DNA of 64,000 nucleotides. Source: an uncultured Gemmatimonadales bacterium. GTDB taxonomy: Bacteria; Gemmatimonadota; Gemmatimonadetes; Gemmatimonadales; GWC2-71-9. The stretch lies in the NCBI GenBank assembly GCA_963739455.1, contig CAVUAK010000001.1:128001-192000 (forward strand). The letters run 5' to 3'. The position numbers and the translations under genes are program-made. This document shows positions 32,335 through 44,281 of the stretch, in pieces; within the stretch, counting starts at the first letter, position 1; every line of letters begins with the position of its first letter. The notes under the pieces are model-generated. The model saw only the letters and a list, made by a program, of their open reading frames with translations. It had not been told where the DNA came from and made no database searches.

Positions 32335-32443
32335 CGGGAGGGCGGGGCGCCCCTCGAGGGGATCGTGGAACGCACCCATACATCCGATCGAAGGGGAACC
32401 CCGGCGTGCGTTCCCCTTTCCCCGAAGGGGGCGCCCCGCCCGA
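32335..32443. repeat. ~110-nt structured intergenic repeat, copy 2
   Basis: Same stems as 1883-1992 with a divergent central loop. Confidence 0.85.
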
Positions 32444-32499
32444 TCCGCCACCGCGCAAGAGCGTGTGCCAGGAGGTCCGCAGGGTCCCCCGCGCCGCGC

Positions 32500-34615
32500 T
32501 CACTCCACTCGTCCTGGGCCGACCAGCTTCTGGCTGAAGTACGTCATCTCCAGCGCCTTGATCCTCGCCCCCTGCGCAATGTCCGCATCCCCCGAATGCC
32601 CCCCCGCCGTGTCCTCATAGAACAGGTACGGCAGCCCGTAGCTCGTTCATCCGCGCCGCGAACTTCCGCGCATGCTGCGGACCCACCCGGTCATCCTTTG
32701 TCGTCGTCCAGATGAACGGCTCCGGGTACTTCACCCCCGGCTTCAGGTTCTGGTACGGCGAGATCGTCTGCAGGAATGCCGCTTCCTCCGGCACCGACGC
32801 TGATCCATACTCGTCCACCCACGACGCCCCCGCCTGGATCAGCTCGTATCGCATCATGTCGAGCAGCGGCACCTGGATTACCACCGCGTTCCACAGGTCG
32901 GGGTGCTGCTCCATCTCCACGCCCATCAGCAGTCCGCCGTTCGACCCGCCATAGATGCCGAACTTCGCCGGGCTCGACAGCTTCCGCGCGAAGATGTCCT
33001 GCGCCACCGCCGCAAAGTCGTCGTAGATGATCTGCCGCTTCGTCTTCCGCCCCGCCTCGTGCCATGCCGGCCCGAACTCCCCGCCGCCCCGGATGTTCGC
33101 CACCGCGAAGCTCCCACCCTGCTCGATCCACAGCTTCCCCATCGTGCCGGAATAGAACGGCGTATACGACACCTCGAACCCGCCGTACGCCGTCATGATC
33201 GTCGGCGTCGACCCGTCGAGCGGAATGTCCTTCCGGTGCACGATGAAGTACGGGATCTTCGTTCCGTCCGTCGATGTCGCCTCGAACTGCTGCACCACAG
33301 CGTTCGACGCGTCGAACCTCGCCGGCATCGCCTTGACCTGCGCCACGTTCCCTGTCGCCGCATTCACCGACCAGAGTGTGGTCGGCGTAATGAACCCGGT
33401 GACGTTCACGAACGCATCGTCGCTCCGCAGGGTGGTCGACACCAGGCCGATCGAGGCATTGTCCGGTAGCGCCAGCGGCTTCGACGTCCATCCTTTCGGT
33501 CCCGGCGTGAGCACCTCAACCCGGTTGCGCACGTTGTCCAGCACCACCGCGATCAGCCGGCTCTTTGTCGCAGCCGCCGCCTCGATTGATTGCTTCGCAG
33601 TCGGCTGGATCAGCACCGTCGGTGTCACCGGGCCGCCATTCAATTGGGCCAGCTCCACCGACAGCAGCGCGCCTGCCGGGATCTGCTTGCCGCCCGCCGT
33701 CCAGTCCTCGCTCGTCTTGATGATGACGTGTCCGTCCACCATGCCCCGGATGTCTGCGCGTTCCGGCAGCGGCAGCCGCACCGGCCCCTGCGGCAGCAGC
33801 GCGAACGTCTCGTGCCCGAAGAACGTCGTGCCACGCAGCATCATCGCCTGCCGGTTCCCCTGCGCATCGATCAGCATGAACGACCCCACGCCCACCTGGT
33901 CAGACTCCGCGCCGCGGAATACCTCGACCGCCTGGTCCACCGCCTGCCCTCGCTTGAGCCGCTTGAGCACGAACGGATATCCCGACGTCGTCATCGTTCC
34001 CGGGCCCCAGTCGCGCGACACCAGCAAGGTGTTGGCATCGATCCACGTCGCATCCTGCTTCGAGAGCGGCAGCACGAAGCCATCGGTGACGAACTTGCCT
34101 GTGCTCAGGTCGAATTCGCGGATCGTGATCGCATCTTCACCGCCGTCGGACAGGTTCACCAGACAGAGGCGCTCCTCCGGCTGCAGGCAGTTGGCACCAC
34201 TCCACACCCAGTTCTTGCCCTCCGCCTTTCCCAGCGAATCGATGTCGAGCATCGTCGTCCACTTCGGCTGCGCCGTGCCGTAGCTCGCCTCCGTGGTCCA
34301 GCGCCAGATGCCATGCGGATGCGCCCCGTCCCGCCAGAAGTTGAACACCCGCCCGAATGTCTGGTTGGGGTAGGCAATCCGGTCCTCCGCCGAGGCGATC
34401 GCGTACGCGTCCTTGTAGAAGCCGGCGTACCGCGGATCACTCTCCAGCCGCGGAATCGTCTTGGCGTTCTCGGTGGCCACCCACTCCATCGCCGCCTTGC
34501 TGTCCTTCTCTTCCAGCCAGATGTACGGATCGGTCACTGTGGCGGGCGACAGCGTCTGCGCCGCCAATGGGCGGGCGGCCGCGAGGGCAACGAGAGACAG
34601 CACGATTAGGCGCAT
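32500..34615 (-). CDS. Prolyl oligopeptidase (S9A), exported; frameshift near 32640
   Basis: DPYIWLE, AYGGF, NIRGGGEFG, GGSNGG, DDRV; the catalytic-His GGH tail is in another frame. Confidence 0.92.
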
Positions 34616-34833
34616 TGAACTGCCAATAGGATGAGGAAAGCCAAATGTCGCGGCGAGGAGGTCCGCAGGGCCTCCTCGCTGCGGTCCCAATATGACGAAC
34701 CTTGGTAGCATTGACGCCACCTCAGGCTGCCCGCAAACTCCCAGCCTCGGCAATGGTATCAACGAGTGCCCCGCATTGGCACCGTACGGTCCCGTACTCC
34801 GTTTGGCTTCGAACCCGCAAGGAATCCAGACCA

Positions 34834-37174
34834 ATGGCGACGAAAAAGTTCAAGGGTGTCATCAAGCTCGACGTCCGCGACTCCACTCCGGATTGGGACC
34901 CTACACCCCGACGAAGGCGCCCGAGGGCGCGCCGAACGTCCTGTTCGTTCTGTACGACGACACCGGCCTGGCCGCCTGGTCGCCGTTCGGCGGCGGGATC
35001 AACATGCCGACGCTGCAGAGGCTGGCCGACAACGGCCTGATGTACTCGCAGTGGCACACGACGGCGCTCTGCTCGCCGACCCGCTCGACGCTCCTGACCG
35101 GCCGCAACCATCACCTCAACGGCATGGCGGCGATCACCGAGGCCGCCACCGGATTCCCCGGCGCCCACGGCCGCATTCCCGACGAGTGCGCCACGGTCGG
35201 GCAGATCCTCCAGGACGGCGGCTGGAGCACCTTCTGGCTCGGCAAGAACCACAACGTCCCCGAGACAGGACGTCTGCTCCGGCGGCAGCAAGAAGCAGTG
35301 GCCGCTCCAGAAGGGCTTCGATCGCTTCTACGGCTTCATCGGCGGCGAGACCAACCAGTGGTATCCCGACCTGGTCGAGGACAACCAGTTCATCGAGCAG
35401 CCGTACAGTCCCGGAGGAGGGCTATCACCTCTCCAAGGACCTCGCCGACAAGGCCATCGCGGATGATCCGCGACCAGAAGGCCAGCAACCCGTCGCAAGC
35501 CGTGGTACATGTGGTTCTGCCCGGGCGCCAACCATGCGCCGCACCACGCCCCGCAGGAATACATCGACAAGTACAAGGGCAAGTTCGACGACGGCTACGA
35601 GGCCTATCGCGAGTGGGTCCTGCCGCGCATGATCGCCAAGGGCATCCTGCCGAAGGGCACCCAGCTCACGCCGCTCAACCCGATGCCCGAGGACGTCGCG
35701 AACGCCGGCGACTTCGTGCGCCCGTGGGACTCGCTCAACGCCGACGAGAAGAAGCTGTTCTCGCGCCTGATGGAGGTCTACGCCGGATTCTCCGAGTACA
35801 CCGACGCGCAGGTCGGCCGCATCATCGACTACCTCGAGAAGAGCGGCCAGCTCGAGAACACGCTCGTCTTCTACGCCGCCGACAACGGCGCGTCGGGCGA
35901 GGGCAGCCCCAACGGCTCGGTCAACGAGAACAAGTTCTTCAACGGCTATCCCGGACGAGCTCTCCGAGAACATGAAGCTCATCGACGAGCTCGGCGGCCC
36001 GGACACCTACGAGCACTATCCGACCGGCTGGGCCGCGGCCATCTCGACGCCGTTCAAGATGTTCAAGCGCTACTCGGAGTACTCCGGCGGCACCTGCGAC
36101 CCGCTGGTCATCTCCTGGCCCAAGGGCATCAAGGCGCGCGGCGAGGTGCGCCACCAGTATCACCACTCCACCGACATCGTCCCGACGATCCTGGAGGTCT
36201 GCGGGCTGGAGATGCCCAAGGTCTACAAGGGCGTGGAGCAGTACCCGCTCTCCGGCGTCTCGATGCGCTACAGCTTCGACGCCAAGCCGGACGCACCGAC
36301 GCAGAAGAAGCGCCAGTACTACGCGATGCTCGGCACCCGCGGCATCTGGGAGGACGGCTGGAAGGCCGTCGCCATCCACGCGCCGATCAGCGGCAAGGGC
36401 CACTTCGACAAGGACGAGTGGGAGCTCTACCACGTCGACGAGGACCGCGCCGAGTCGAAGGACCTCGGCGAAGGAGCATCCCGAGAAGCTCCAGGACGCT
36501 GATCAAGGCCTGGTTCGAGGAGGCGGAGAAGAACCTCGTGCTGCCGCTCGACGACCGCAGCGCGCTCGAGATTCTCAGCACGCCGCGTCCCGCCGAAGAG
36601 ACGCCGCGCGAGCGGTACATCTACTATCCGGGTACCTCTCCGGTGCCGGAAAGCGTGGCCGTCAACGTGCGTGGCCGTTCGTACAAGATCCTCGCCGATG
36701 TCGAGATCACGGATCCGGACTGCGTCCGGCGTGATCTTCGCCCACGGTTCACGCTTCGGCGGCCACTCGCTGTTCATCAAGGACAAGAAGCTGTACTACG
36801 TCTACAACTTCCTCGGCATCAAGCCGGAGCAGCAGTTCGTCTCCGCCGAGCTCAAGCCCGGCAAGTACACGCTCGGCATGGAGTTCACCCGGGAGAAGGG
36901 CGGGCAAGTACGACGAGTCCATCGGCAAGACGAAGCTCTACGTCAACGACAAGGTCGTCGCCGAAGGCCCGATGCGCGACGCAGGTGGGCAAGTTCACGC
37001 TGTCGCGGCGACGGCCTCTGCGTCGGTATCGACAGCGGCGACGCCGTGAGCCAGGAGTACAAGACGCCCGGGAAGTTCACGAACGGCACGATCTTCGGCG
37101 TCGGCGTCACCGTCGAGAAGGCCCAGTACCTCGACCTCGAGAAGCTGGCCGCGGCCGCGTTCGCGATCGACTGA
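34834..37174 (+). CDS. Arylsulfatase (Cys-type); many frameshifts
   Basis: PNVLFVLYDDTG, CSPTRSTLLTGRNHH, GKNH, HAPHH, DNGAS, WELY across successive frames. Confidence 0.9.
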
Positions 37175-37177
37175 TTG

Positions 37178-37552
37178 ATGGACGAACTCCTTCGCCCGGC
37201 AGCCGACATCGTTTCACTCGGCCTCAACGCGCTGGCCCTCCTGGTCATCGCCGTTGGGGCCATCAACGCCTTGATCGGCCTGCTCAAGGTCATGTGGCCC
37301 GGGCGGCACGCCACCGGAACCGAGAAGCGCGGCGTCTGGCTCGAATTCTCCCGATGGCTCATTGCCGGTCTTACCTTCCAGCTCGCCGCCGATATCGTGC
37401 AGACGATGGTCGTCCCGGGCTGGCAGGATGTCGGCCGCGTCGCCGCCGTTGCGGTGATCCGCGCATTCCTCACCTACACCATCGATCGCGACATCGACAG
37501 TCTGCGCGAGCGCGATGCGGAACGGAGGGAACGGGATGCAGGCCACCCCTGA
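37178..37552 (+). CDS. DUF1622 family membrane protein
   Basis: GLTFQLAADIVQT..P...IRAFLTY motif. Confidence 0.85.
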   Translation: MDELLRPAADIVSLGLNALALLVIAVGAINALIGLLKVMWPGRHATGTEKRGVWLEFSRWLIAGLTFQLAADIVQTMVVPGWQDVGRVAAVAVIRAFLTYTIDRDIDSLRERDAERRERDAGHP

Positions 37553-38177
37553 TGCAGGAGCCATTCTCGGCTTGGGCGCAGTCGTGACGCTCTTCGTCAT
37601 CACGCTCGGCCCCATCAAGATCCTCGGACCGTTCGTCCAGATGACCCAGGAGGCCGACGCCAAGGTCCTCCGCCAGATCGCCATCCGCGCCTTCCTGATG
37701 TCCGTCGTCACCGTCGTGGCCGGCGGCTATGTCGGCGTCAGCCTCCTCCGGAAATGGCACGTCTCCATCCCGGCGCTCGAACTGTCCGGCGGGCTCATCT
37801 TCCTCATCGTCGGCCTGCGCATCGTCCTGGAGCAGTATCAGGCGGTCCACGCTCCTGTACCACAGCTGCCCCAGGCACCGACGGCTGCAGCGCTCAAGCT
37901 CACCTTCCCGACCATCGTTACGCCCTATGGCATCGCGGCGGTCATGACGCTCATCGCCAACAGCACGAGCCCCGAACGGACCACCACCGTCCTGCTCATC
38001 CTGGCCGGCGTCATGGTCCTCAACCTCCTCGCCATGCTCGCTGCCCGCGCCATCATGGGCAGCGTCATGATGATGGTGCTCCGGATCATTGGAGCGGTGC
38101 TGGGCGTGTTGCAGGTGGCCTTGGCGGTGGAACTCATGCTGCGGAGCCTGGTGAAGATGGGCGTGCTCCATGTCTGA
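37536..38177 (+). CDS. MarC family membrane protein
   Basis: LFVITLGP, LSGGLIF, FPTIVTPYGIA, LQVALAVE. Confidence 0.85.
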   Translation: MQATPDAGAILGLGAVVTLFVITLGPIKILGPFVQMTQEADAKVLRQIAIRAFLMSVVTVVAGGYVGVSLLRKWHVSIPALELSGGLIFLIVGLRIVLEQYQAVHAPVPQLPQAPTAAALKLTFPTIVTPYGIAAVMTLIANSTSPERTTTVLLILAGVMVLNLLAMLAARAIMGSVMMMVLRIIGAVLGVLQVALAVELMLRSLVKMGVLHV

Positions 38178-38625
38178 CGCGGCACCGGATCCCCTGGCCA
38201 AGCCCGCCGACGAGCTCGCCGCCCGCCGCACCGGCATGGCGTTCCAGCGCACTCGCATGGCCGCCGATCGCACCCTCATGGCCGTCATGCGCACCTCGCT
38301 GTCGCTCATCGGCTTCGGCTTCACCATCTTCCAGTTCTTCCAGCGGCTCACGCAAGCGGGCACCATCAGCCACGATCGGGCCCCGCGCCGCTTCGGCACC
38401 GCCCTCGTCGTCCTCGGCGTCGCCCTTCTCATTGCCGGCATTGGCTACCATGTGAGCTACATGGGCGAGCTGCGCCGCCTCCGCGCTGACCTCAAGGCCG
38501 AGGGCATGCTGCGCGCCGAAACCCAGTTCCCGGTGTCGCTCAGCCTCATTGTCGCCATCCTGCTGCTCATTACCGGTCTCTTCGCCGTCGCCAGCATGGC
38601 GTTCAACGTCGGCCCGCTCGAGTAG
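38170..38625 (+). CDS. DUF202 (YidH) membrane protein
   Basis: RTRMAADRTLMAVMRTSLSLIGFGF. Confidence 0.9.
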   Translation: MSDAAPDPLAKPADELAARRTGMAFQRTRMAADRTLMAVMRTSLSLIGFGFTIFQFFQRLTQAGTISHDRAPRRFGTALVVLGVALLIAGIGYHVSYMGELRRLRADLKAEGMLRAETQFPVSLSLIVAILLLITGLFAVASMAFNVGPLE

Positions 38626-38636
38626 CTGGCCCTCCC

Positions 38637-39861
38637 GTGCCCTACCATCTGCTGGCCAAGCCCGCCGGCGCCGCGTGCAACCTTGGCTGCGAATACTGCT
38701 TCTTCCTCTCCAAGGAGAACCTGTATCCGCGCGAGACGCCCATGATGGACGACGAAACGCTGGAGACGTACATCCAGCAGCTCATGGAGTCGTCTACCGG
38801 CGGTGAGATCCACATCGCCTGGCAGGGCGGCGAGCCGATGCTCCGCGGCCTCGACTTCTACAAGCGCTCCGTGAAGCTGGCTGAGAAGTACCGGCCCCAG
38901 GGACGGCAGCGCATCGTCCACACCATGCAGACCAACGGCACCCTCATCGACGACGAGTGGGCCGCGTTCTTCAAGCAGAACAACTACCTCGTGGGACTGA
39001 GCATCGACGGCCCGCGGGAAATGCACGACGCCTTCCGCATCACCAAGCAGGGCACCGGCAGCTTCGACGAAGTCGTGCGTGGCTGGAACATCCTCCGCAA
39101 GCACAAGGTGGACGTCAACGTCCTCTGTACCATCCATGCCGGCAACCAGGACCACCCGCTCGAGGTCTATCACTTCTTCCGCGACGAGCTCGGCGCCGAG
39201 TACATCCAGCTCATCCCCATTGTCGAGCGCGCCACTCCCGAGACCATCGACATCGCCAACGAGGGATGGGGCGGGCAGCGCGGTCGCGATCGCCCGCTCT
39301 ACAAGCAGGAGGGGAACCTCGTCACGAAGCGCACCGTGAACTCGGAGAAGTTCGGCACCTTCCTGAATCACCATCTTCGACGAATGGGTCACGCGCGATG
39401 TCGGCAAGGTGTACGTCACCACCTTCGACGTGGCGCTCGGCAGCTTCATGGGACAGCACAACCTCTGCATCGTTGCCCCCACCTGCGGCGATGCCCTGGT
39501 CATGGAGCACAACGGCGACGTCTACTCCTGCGACCACTTCGTCGAGCCCGACTACAAGCTCGGCAACATCAACGACACGCCGCTCGGAACCCTCGTGGCG
39601 TCCGAGCGCCAGCGCAGGTTCGGGTCGCACAAGTACGAGTCACTTCCGAAGTACTGCAAGGAATGCCCGGTGCTCTTTGCCTGCTACGGCGAGTGCCCCC
39701 GCAATCGCTTCATCAAGACCCCCGACGGCGAGGAAGGGCTCAACTACCTTTGCGCCGGCTACAAGTCGTTTTTCACCCACATCAACCCGTCGATGCGCAC
39801 CATGGCCGGCCTGCTCCGGCAGGGCCGCTACGCCGACGAGATCATGACGGCGCCGGCATAA
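38637..39861 (+). CDS. Anaerobic sulfatase maturase (radical SAM/SPASM); frameshift near 39370
   Basis: CNLGCEYC, WQGGEP, QTNG; SPASM part GDVYSCDHFV, CKECPVLFACYGECP, YLCAG is in the next frame. Confidence 0.92.
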
Positions 39862-39866
39862 CGCCT

Positions 39867-40418
39867 ATGCCTGACGTGGCCCGCTGGACCCGCGCTGAGG
39901 TGCTGGCGCTCCCCGATGACGGGATGCGACACGAGCTCATCGACGGCGAGTTGATCGTGACGCCAACTCCCCGGGTGCGACACCAGGAGGGCGTCATGGC
40001 CTTGCAAGAATTGTTGTCGGCCTATGCCCGCGAACACGGCGTTGGCCGATGTTACAACCTGCCTGGTGACCTTGAGGTGCTGCCGGGCCAGGTGAACCAG
40101 CCCGACCTCTTCGTCGTCCCACCCGGCCCGCGCTTCAGCCGCTGGGAAGACGCCCCCACCCCCATCCTCGTCATCGAGGTCGCCTCACCCTCCACCGCGC
40201 GATACGACCGCGGCACCAAGCGCCGGTTCTACCAGCGCGCTGGCGTGCCCGAATACTGGATCGTAGACCTCGACGCGCGCCTGGTGGAGCGCTGGCGCCC
40301 GGACGACCTTCGCCCCGAAGTGCTCGACCACGATATCGCTTGGCAGCCAGCTCCTGACGCCCCGGCGCTCCGCATCGATCTTGACCGCTTTTTCGGCGAG
40401 GTCATGGACGCAACCTAG
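39867..40418 (+). CDS. Uma2 family (PD-(D/E)XK fold) putative endonuclease, copy 1
   Basis: HELIDGELIVTPTP..RHQ, QPDL, LVIEVASPST..YDR..KR..Y..AGVPEYWIVD. Confidence 0.92.
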   Translation: MPDVARWTRAEVLALPDDGMRHELIDGELIVTPTPRVRHQEGVMALQELLSAYAREHGVGRCYNLPGDLEVLPGQVNQPDLFVVPPGPRFSRWEDAPTPILVIEVASPSTARYDRGTKRRFYQRAGVPEYWIVDLDARLVERWRPDDLRPEVLDHDIAWQPAPDAPALRIDLDRFFGEVMDAT

Positions 40419-40479
40419 GAAGGCACCGCCAGCCGCAATCCCCTAGCCGCCCGCTGCCGCACCGTGCAAGTTTCGCCCT

Positions 40480-43210
40480 GTGAATCCCACCCTGGACCGT
40501 CTCTCAGCCGCCCTCTCTGACCGCTACCGCCTCGAGCACGAGCTCGGCCAGGGCGGCATGGCCACCGTCTACCTCGCCGAGGACCTGAAGCACAGCCGCA
40601 AGGTCGCCATCAAGGTCCTGCACCCCGAGCTGAGTGCCTTGATTGGTGGCGACCGCTTCCTTACAGAAATCAAGACCACGGCCGGCCTGCAGCATCCCCA
40701 CATTCTCGGCCTCATCGATTCCGGCGCGGTTCCTCTCACGACTCACGCCTCACGCCTCACTGACGACAGTCGACTGTCGACTGATCTCTTGTATTACGTC
40801 ATGCCTTTTGTCTCGGGCGAGTCCCTCCGCAACCGGCTGACCCGCGACAAGCAGCTCCCCATCGACGACGCGCTCCGGCTCGCGAAAGAAGTCGCCAGCG
40901 CCCTCGACTACGCCCACCGCCAGGGCGTCGTCCACCGCGACATCAAGCCGGAGAACATTCTCCTGCAGGACGGCTCCGCCCTCGTAGCCGACTTCGGCAT
41001 CGCCCTCGCCGTGCAGCAGGCCGGCGGCAGCAGGATGACGCAGACCGGCATGTCACTCGGCACCCCCGCCTACATGTCGCCCGAACAGGCCATGGGCGAG
41101 CGCGACATCGGTGCCCGCAGCGATGTGTATGCCTTGGGTGCGATGACGTACGAGATGCTCACCGGCGAGCCTCCCTTCACCGGCCTCAACTCCCAGGCCA
41201 TCGTCGCGAAGGTGCTGACCGAGACTCCACCTCCGCTCCGCCCCAAGCGTCCGACGGTGAGCCCTGCAGTCGAGCACGCGATCCTCACCGCGCTGCAGAA
41301 GCTCCCCGCCGATCGCTATGGAAGCGCGAAGGACTTCGCCGAGGCCCTCGACGGCAAGGGTGGGAACTATGCAGCCACGGTAGTTACCTCACGTCCTCAC
41401 GTCCTCACGTCTTCACGTCAGCGCCTTCCCGTCCTTGCCGCCTTGGTGCTTACGGCCATCCTCGCGGCACTCGCGGGAAGGGCGTCCCGTGCGGAGCCCC
41501 AGCCTCCAGTCGCACGCTACACCACCCTCCTCCCCGCCGACCAGGCCCTCGCCGACACGCGCGGCCATCGCATCGCCATTTCTCCTGACGGGTCCCGCCT
41601 GGTCTACTCCGGGAGCGGGTCCGACGGGTCACAACTCTGGCTCCGGAACCGGAACCAGCTCCGCGCTACGCCGATTCCCGGCGCCAGTCACCCGACCGTG
41701 CCGTTCTTCTCGCCCGATGGCCAGCGCGTCGGGTACACCGTCGAGGGAAACACCGAGATCAAGGTCGTGAGCCTCACTGGTGCGCCGCCCATTACCGTCG
41801 CCGACTCCGGTATTGGCGCCGACGGTGCCACCTGGAGCGAGGACGGCTTCATCTACTTCGACGGGCTCACGGGCGGTGGCACCACCGGCCTCATGCGCGT
41901 GGCACCAAACGGTGCGAAGGTCCTGGAACAGGTCACCACCGTCGACACCGCGCGCCGCGAGCAGGATCACTTCTGGCCCAACGCCTTGCCGAAGGGGCGC
42001 GGGGTGCTCTTCACCATCCAGGAGCGCGGGAACAATGAGGAGCGGAGCCAACTGGCCGTCCTCGACACGAAGACCATGAAGGTGCACACCCTGGTCCAGG
42101 CGCTCACCGGTCGCTACGCACCAGGCGGATACCTCCTGTACGTCACGGCGGCAGGCGAACTGCTCGCGGTGAAGTTCGACCTCGACCGTCTCGCCGTGGT
42201 GGGGGAGCCGTTCGCCATTGCCAGCGGTATTGCGCGACGGTCCTTCGGCGCCATCGACCTCGCCATCTCGATGTCGGGGACCCTCGTGTACCAGGCCGGC
42301 GGGGCCGCGATGGAGCCGAGTCAGGTCGTCTACGTGAGCCGCGACGGCTCGGCCGTCCCGATCGACACGAGTTTCGTGGGTGACTTCCAGACCCTGGCGC
42401 TCTCCCCCGACGGCCGCCGGCTCGCCATCAGCAAGATCGACGGCACCGAGCAGCAGGTCTGGATCAAGCAGCCCCAATGGTCCGCTCAGCAAGCTCAGCT
42501 TCGAGGGAAATCGCAGCATCCGACCCACCTGGTCGCCCGATGGCCAGTACGTGGGATTCATCGGCAACCAGGGCGCCGGTCCCCAGTTCTATCGCAAGCG
42601 CGCCGACGGAATCGGCGCGACGGAACCGGTGCTCACCATGCCGGGCCGCGTCGTCAATGCGGCGACCTGGAGCCGCGACGGGAAGTGGCTCGCGTTCCTC
42701 ACCAACCCTGCCGACCTCTTTGCCCGCCGTACCAGTGGTGACACCTCCCTGGTTTCCCTCGCGAACTCCCGGTTCGAGGAGATCACCCCGTCGATCTCCC
42801 CCGATGGGCGCTGGCTGGCGTACTCGTCCAACGAGTCGGGCGAGTTCGAGATCTACGTGCGTCCCTTTCCCGACGCCGGATCAGCCCGGTGGCAGGTCTC
42901 GACCGGTGGTGGCTTCGAGCCGTTGTGGTCTCCCGACGGCCACGAGTTGCTCTACTGGAGCGGCGGCGAGAACACCACCGGCCAGCTCAACACAGTGGCC
43001 GTGCTCCCGGGGCCAACGTTCATCGCCGGCCAGCGCCACATCCTCCCCATCCAGGGCTCGCCCTACGTCGGCACGCCCGGCTCCTGGGACATCACCCGCG
43101 ACGGCAAGCGCTTTGTCATGATTCGCCAGGGCGCCGGCAAGGGTGATGACCGGGAACTCGTAGTGGTCGAGAACCTTTCCGCCGAACTCACCGCGGAGCA
43201 TGCGCGGTAA
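40480..43210 (+). CDS. Receptor Ser/Thr kinase + TM + TolB/PD40 beta-propeller (kinase 2); frameshift near 42470
   Basis: Full Hanks motifs, TM LPVLAALVLTAILAALA, SPDG repeats. Confidence 0.9.
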
Positions 43211-43213
43211 CCA

Positions 43214-43252
43214 GGTCATTGCGAGGCCTGCGTAGCAGGCCGCGGCAATCCC
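43214..43252. repeat. REP-like palindrome, copy 2
   Basis: ggtcattgcgaggcctgcgtagcaggccgcggcaatccc directly after the kinase 2 stop. Confidence 0.75.
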
Positions 43253-43361
43253 GTTGCATGGCACGGAGCCTTCCTGCGCATTTTCGATGACGTCGTCATT
43301 GCCGGTTCGGGCAACCTTGGGCAATGCCGACTTGCCCACCTTCACCCGCCGAGCGTACGCT

Positions 43362-43919
43362 ATGGCTATGCCTGACGTGGCCCGCTGGACCCGCGCTGAA
43401 GTACTGGCGCTTCCCGACGATGGGATGCGCCACGAGCTCATCGACGGCGAACTGATCGTGACCCCCACCCCACGCGTCAGGCACCAGGAAGGGGTCACAG
43501 CGCTGACGGCGCTCCTCCTGCCATACGTGCACGAGCATCGACTCGGCCGCTTCTTTGCCTTGCCAGCCGATCTCGAGGTGCTTCCCGACCAGCTCACCCA
43601 GCCCGACCTGTTCGTGGTGCCGCCCGGCCCACGGTTCGATCGCTGGGAGGACGCCCCAACACCCACCCTCGTCATCGAAGTCGCCTCGCCATCCACGGCC
43701 CGGTACGACCGCGGCACCAAGCGCCGGTTTTACCAGCGCGGTGGCGTGCCCGAGTACTGGATCGTCGACCTCGACGCCCGGCTTGTGGAACGCTGGCGCC
43801 CCAGCGACGCCAGGCCGGAAGTGCTCGACCACGACATCACCTGGCAGCCCAACCCGGACGTCCCACCGCTCCGCATCGACCTGGATCAATTCTTCGCGCA
43901 GGTCATGGACGCAAGGTAG
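43362..43919 (+). CDS. Uma2 family putative endonuclease, copy 2
   Basis: Same motifs; close paralogue of 39867-40418. Confidence 0.92.
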   Translation: MAMPDVARWTRAEVLALPDDGMRHELIDGELIVTPTPRVRHQEGVTALTALLLPYVHEHRLGRFFALPADLEVLPDQLTQPDLFVVPPGPRFDRWEDAPTPTLVIEVASPSTARYDRGTKRRFYQRGGVPEYWIVDLDARLVERWRPSDARPEVLDHDITWQPNPDVPPLRIDLDQFFAQVMDAR

Positions 43920-43942
43920 GAGATCTCCTGCCAACATAAATC

Positions 43943-43979
43943 TTGCCGCTGTGTTACAGGTGCGCTACATTGTAACACA
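43943..43979 (+). promoter_or_regulatory. Sigma70-type promoter with overlapping operator for the TA pair (probably leaderless)
   Basis: TTGCCG-17nt-TACATT ends 7 nt before the ATG; perfect 9-bp inverted repeat TGTGTTACA-n12-TGTAACACA (43950-43979). Confidence 0.7.
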
Positions 43980-44281
43980 TGAAAGACGAGCACCTCACCC
44001 TGCGCCTCCCCCGCGACCTCGCCCGGGCCCTGACCCGCTGGGCCCGTGAGCACGGCGTGCCGAAGTCGCAGGTAGTACGCGAGGCAGTGACGCGCTATTG
44101 TCTTCCCGCCACTCGCGAGCCGGCCACTCTGGAGACCGCATCCCCCACCGTCACCGCGGCAGCGTTCGCGGTACGGTGGGCAGCGCTGCCTCGGCTCACC
44201 CCGGATGAGACGACTGCCTTCGAGGCCGATATCGACGCGGCCCGGCGCGCGCTGCCCGGCGCGCCCGACACATGGGAGTGA
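43979..44281 (+). CDS. Ribbon-helix-helix (CopG-like) antitoxin
   Basis: LTLRLPRDLARALTRWAREHGVPKSQVVREAV; ends DTWE and overlaps the PIN gene. Confidence 0.85.
   Translation: MKDEHLTLRLPRDLARALTRWAREHGVPKSQVVREAVTRYCLPATREPATLETASPTVTAAAFAVRWAALPRLTPDETTAFEADIDAARRALPGAPDTWE

Noticed and set aside
38637..40418. Apparent 593-aa radical SAM-Uma2 fusion in the ORF track
   Set aside because: A frameshift near 39370 moves the SPASM domain into another frame ending at 39861. Uma2 has its own ATG at 39867, matching its paralogue.
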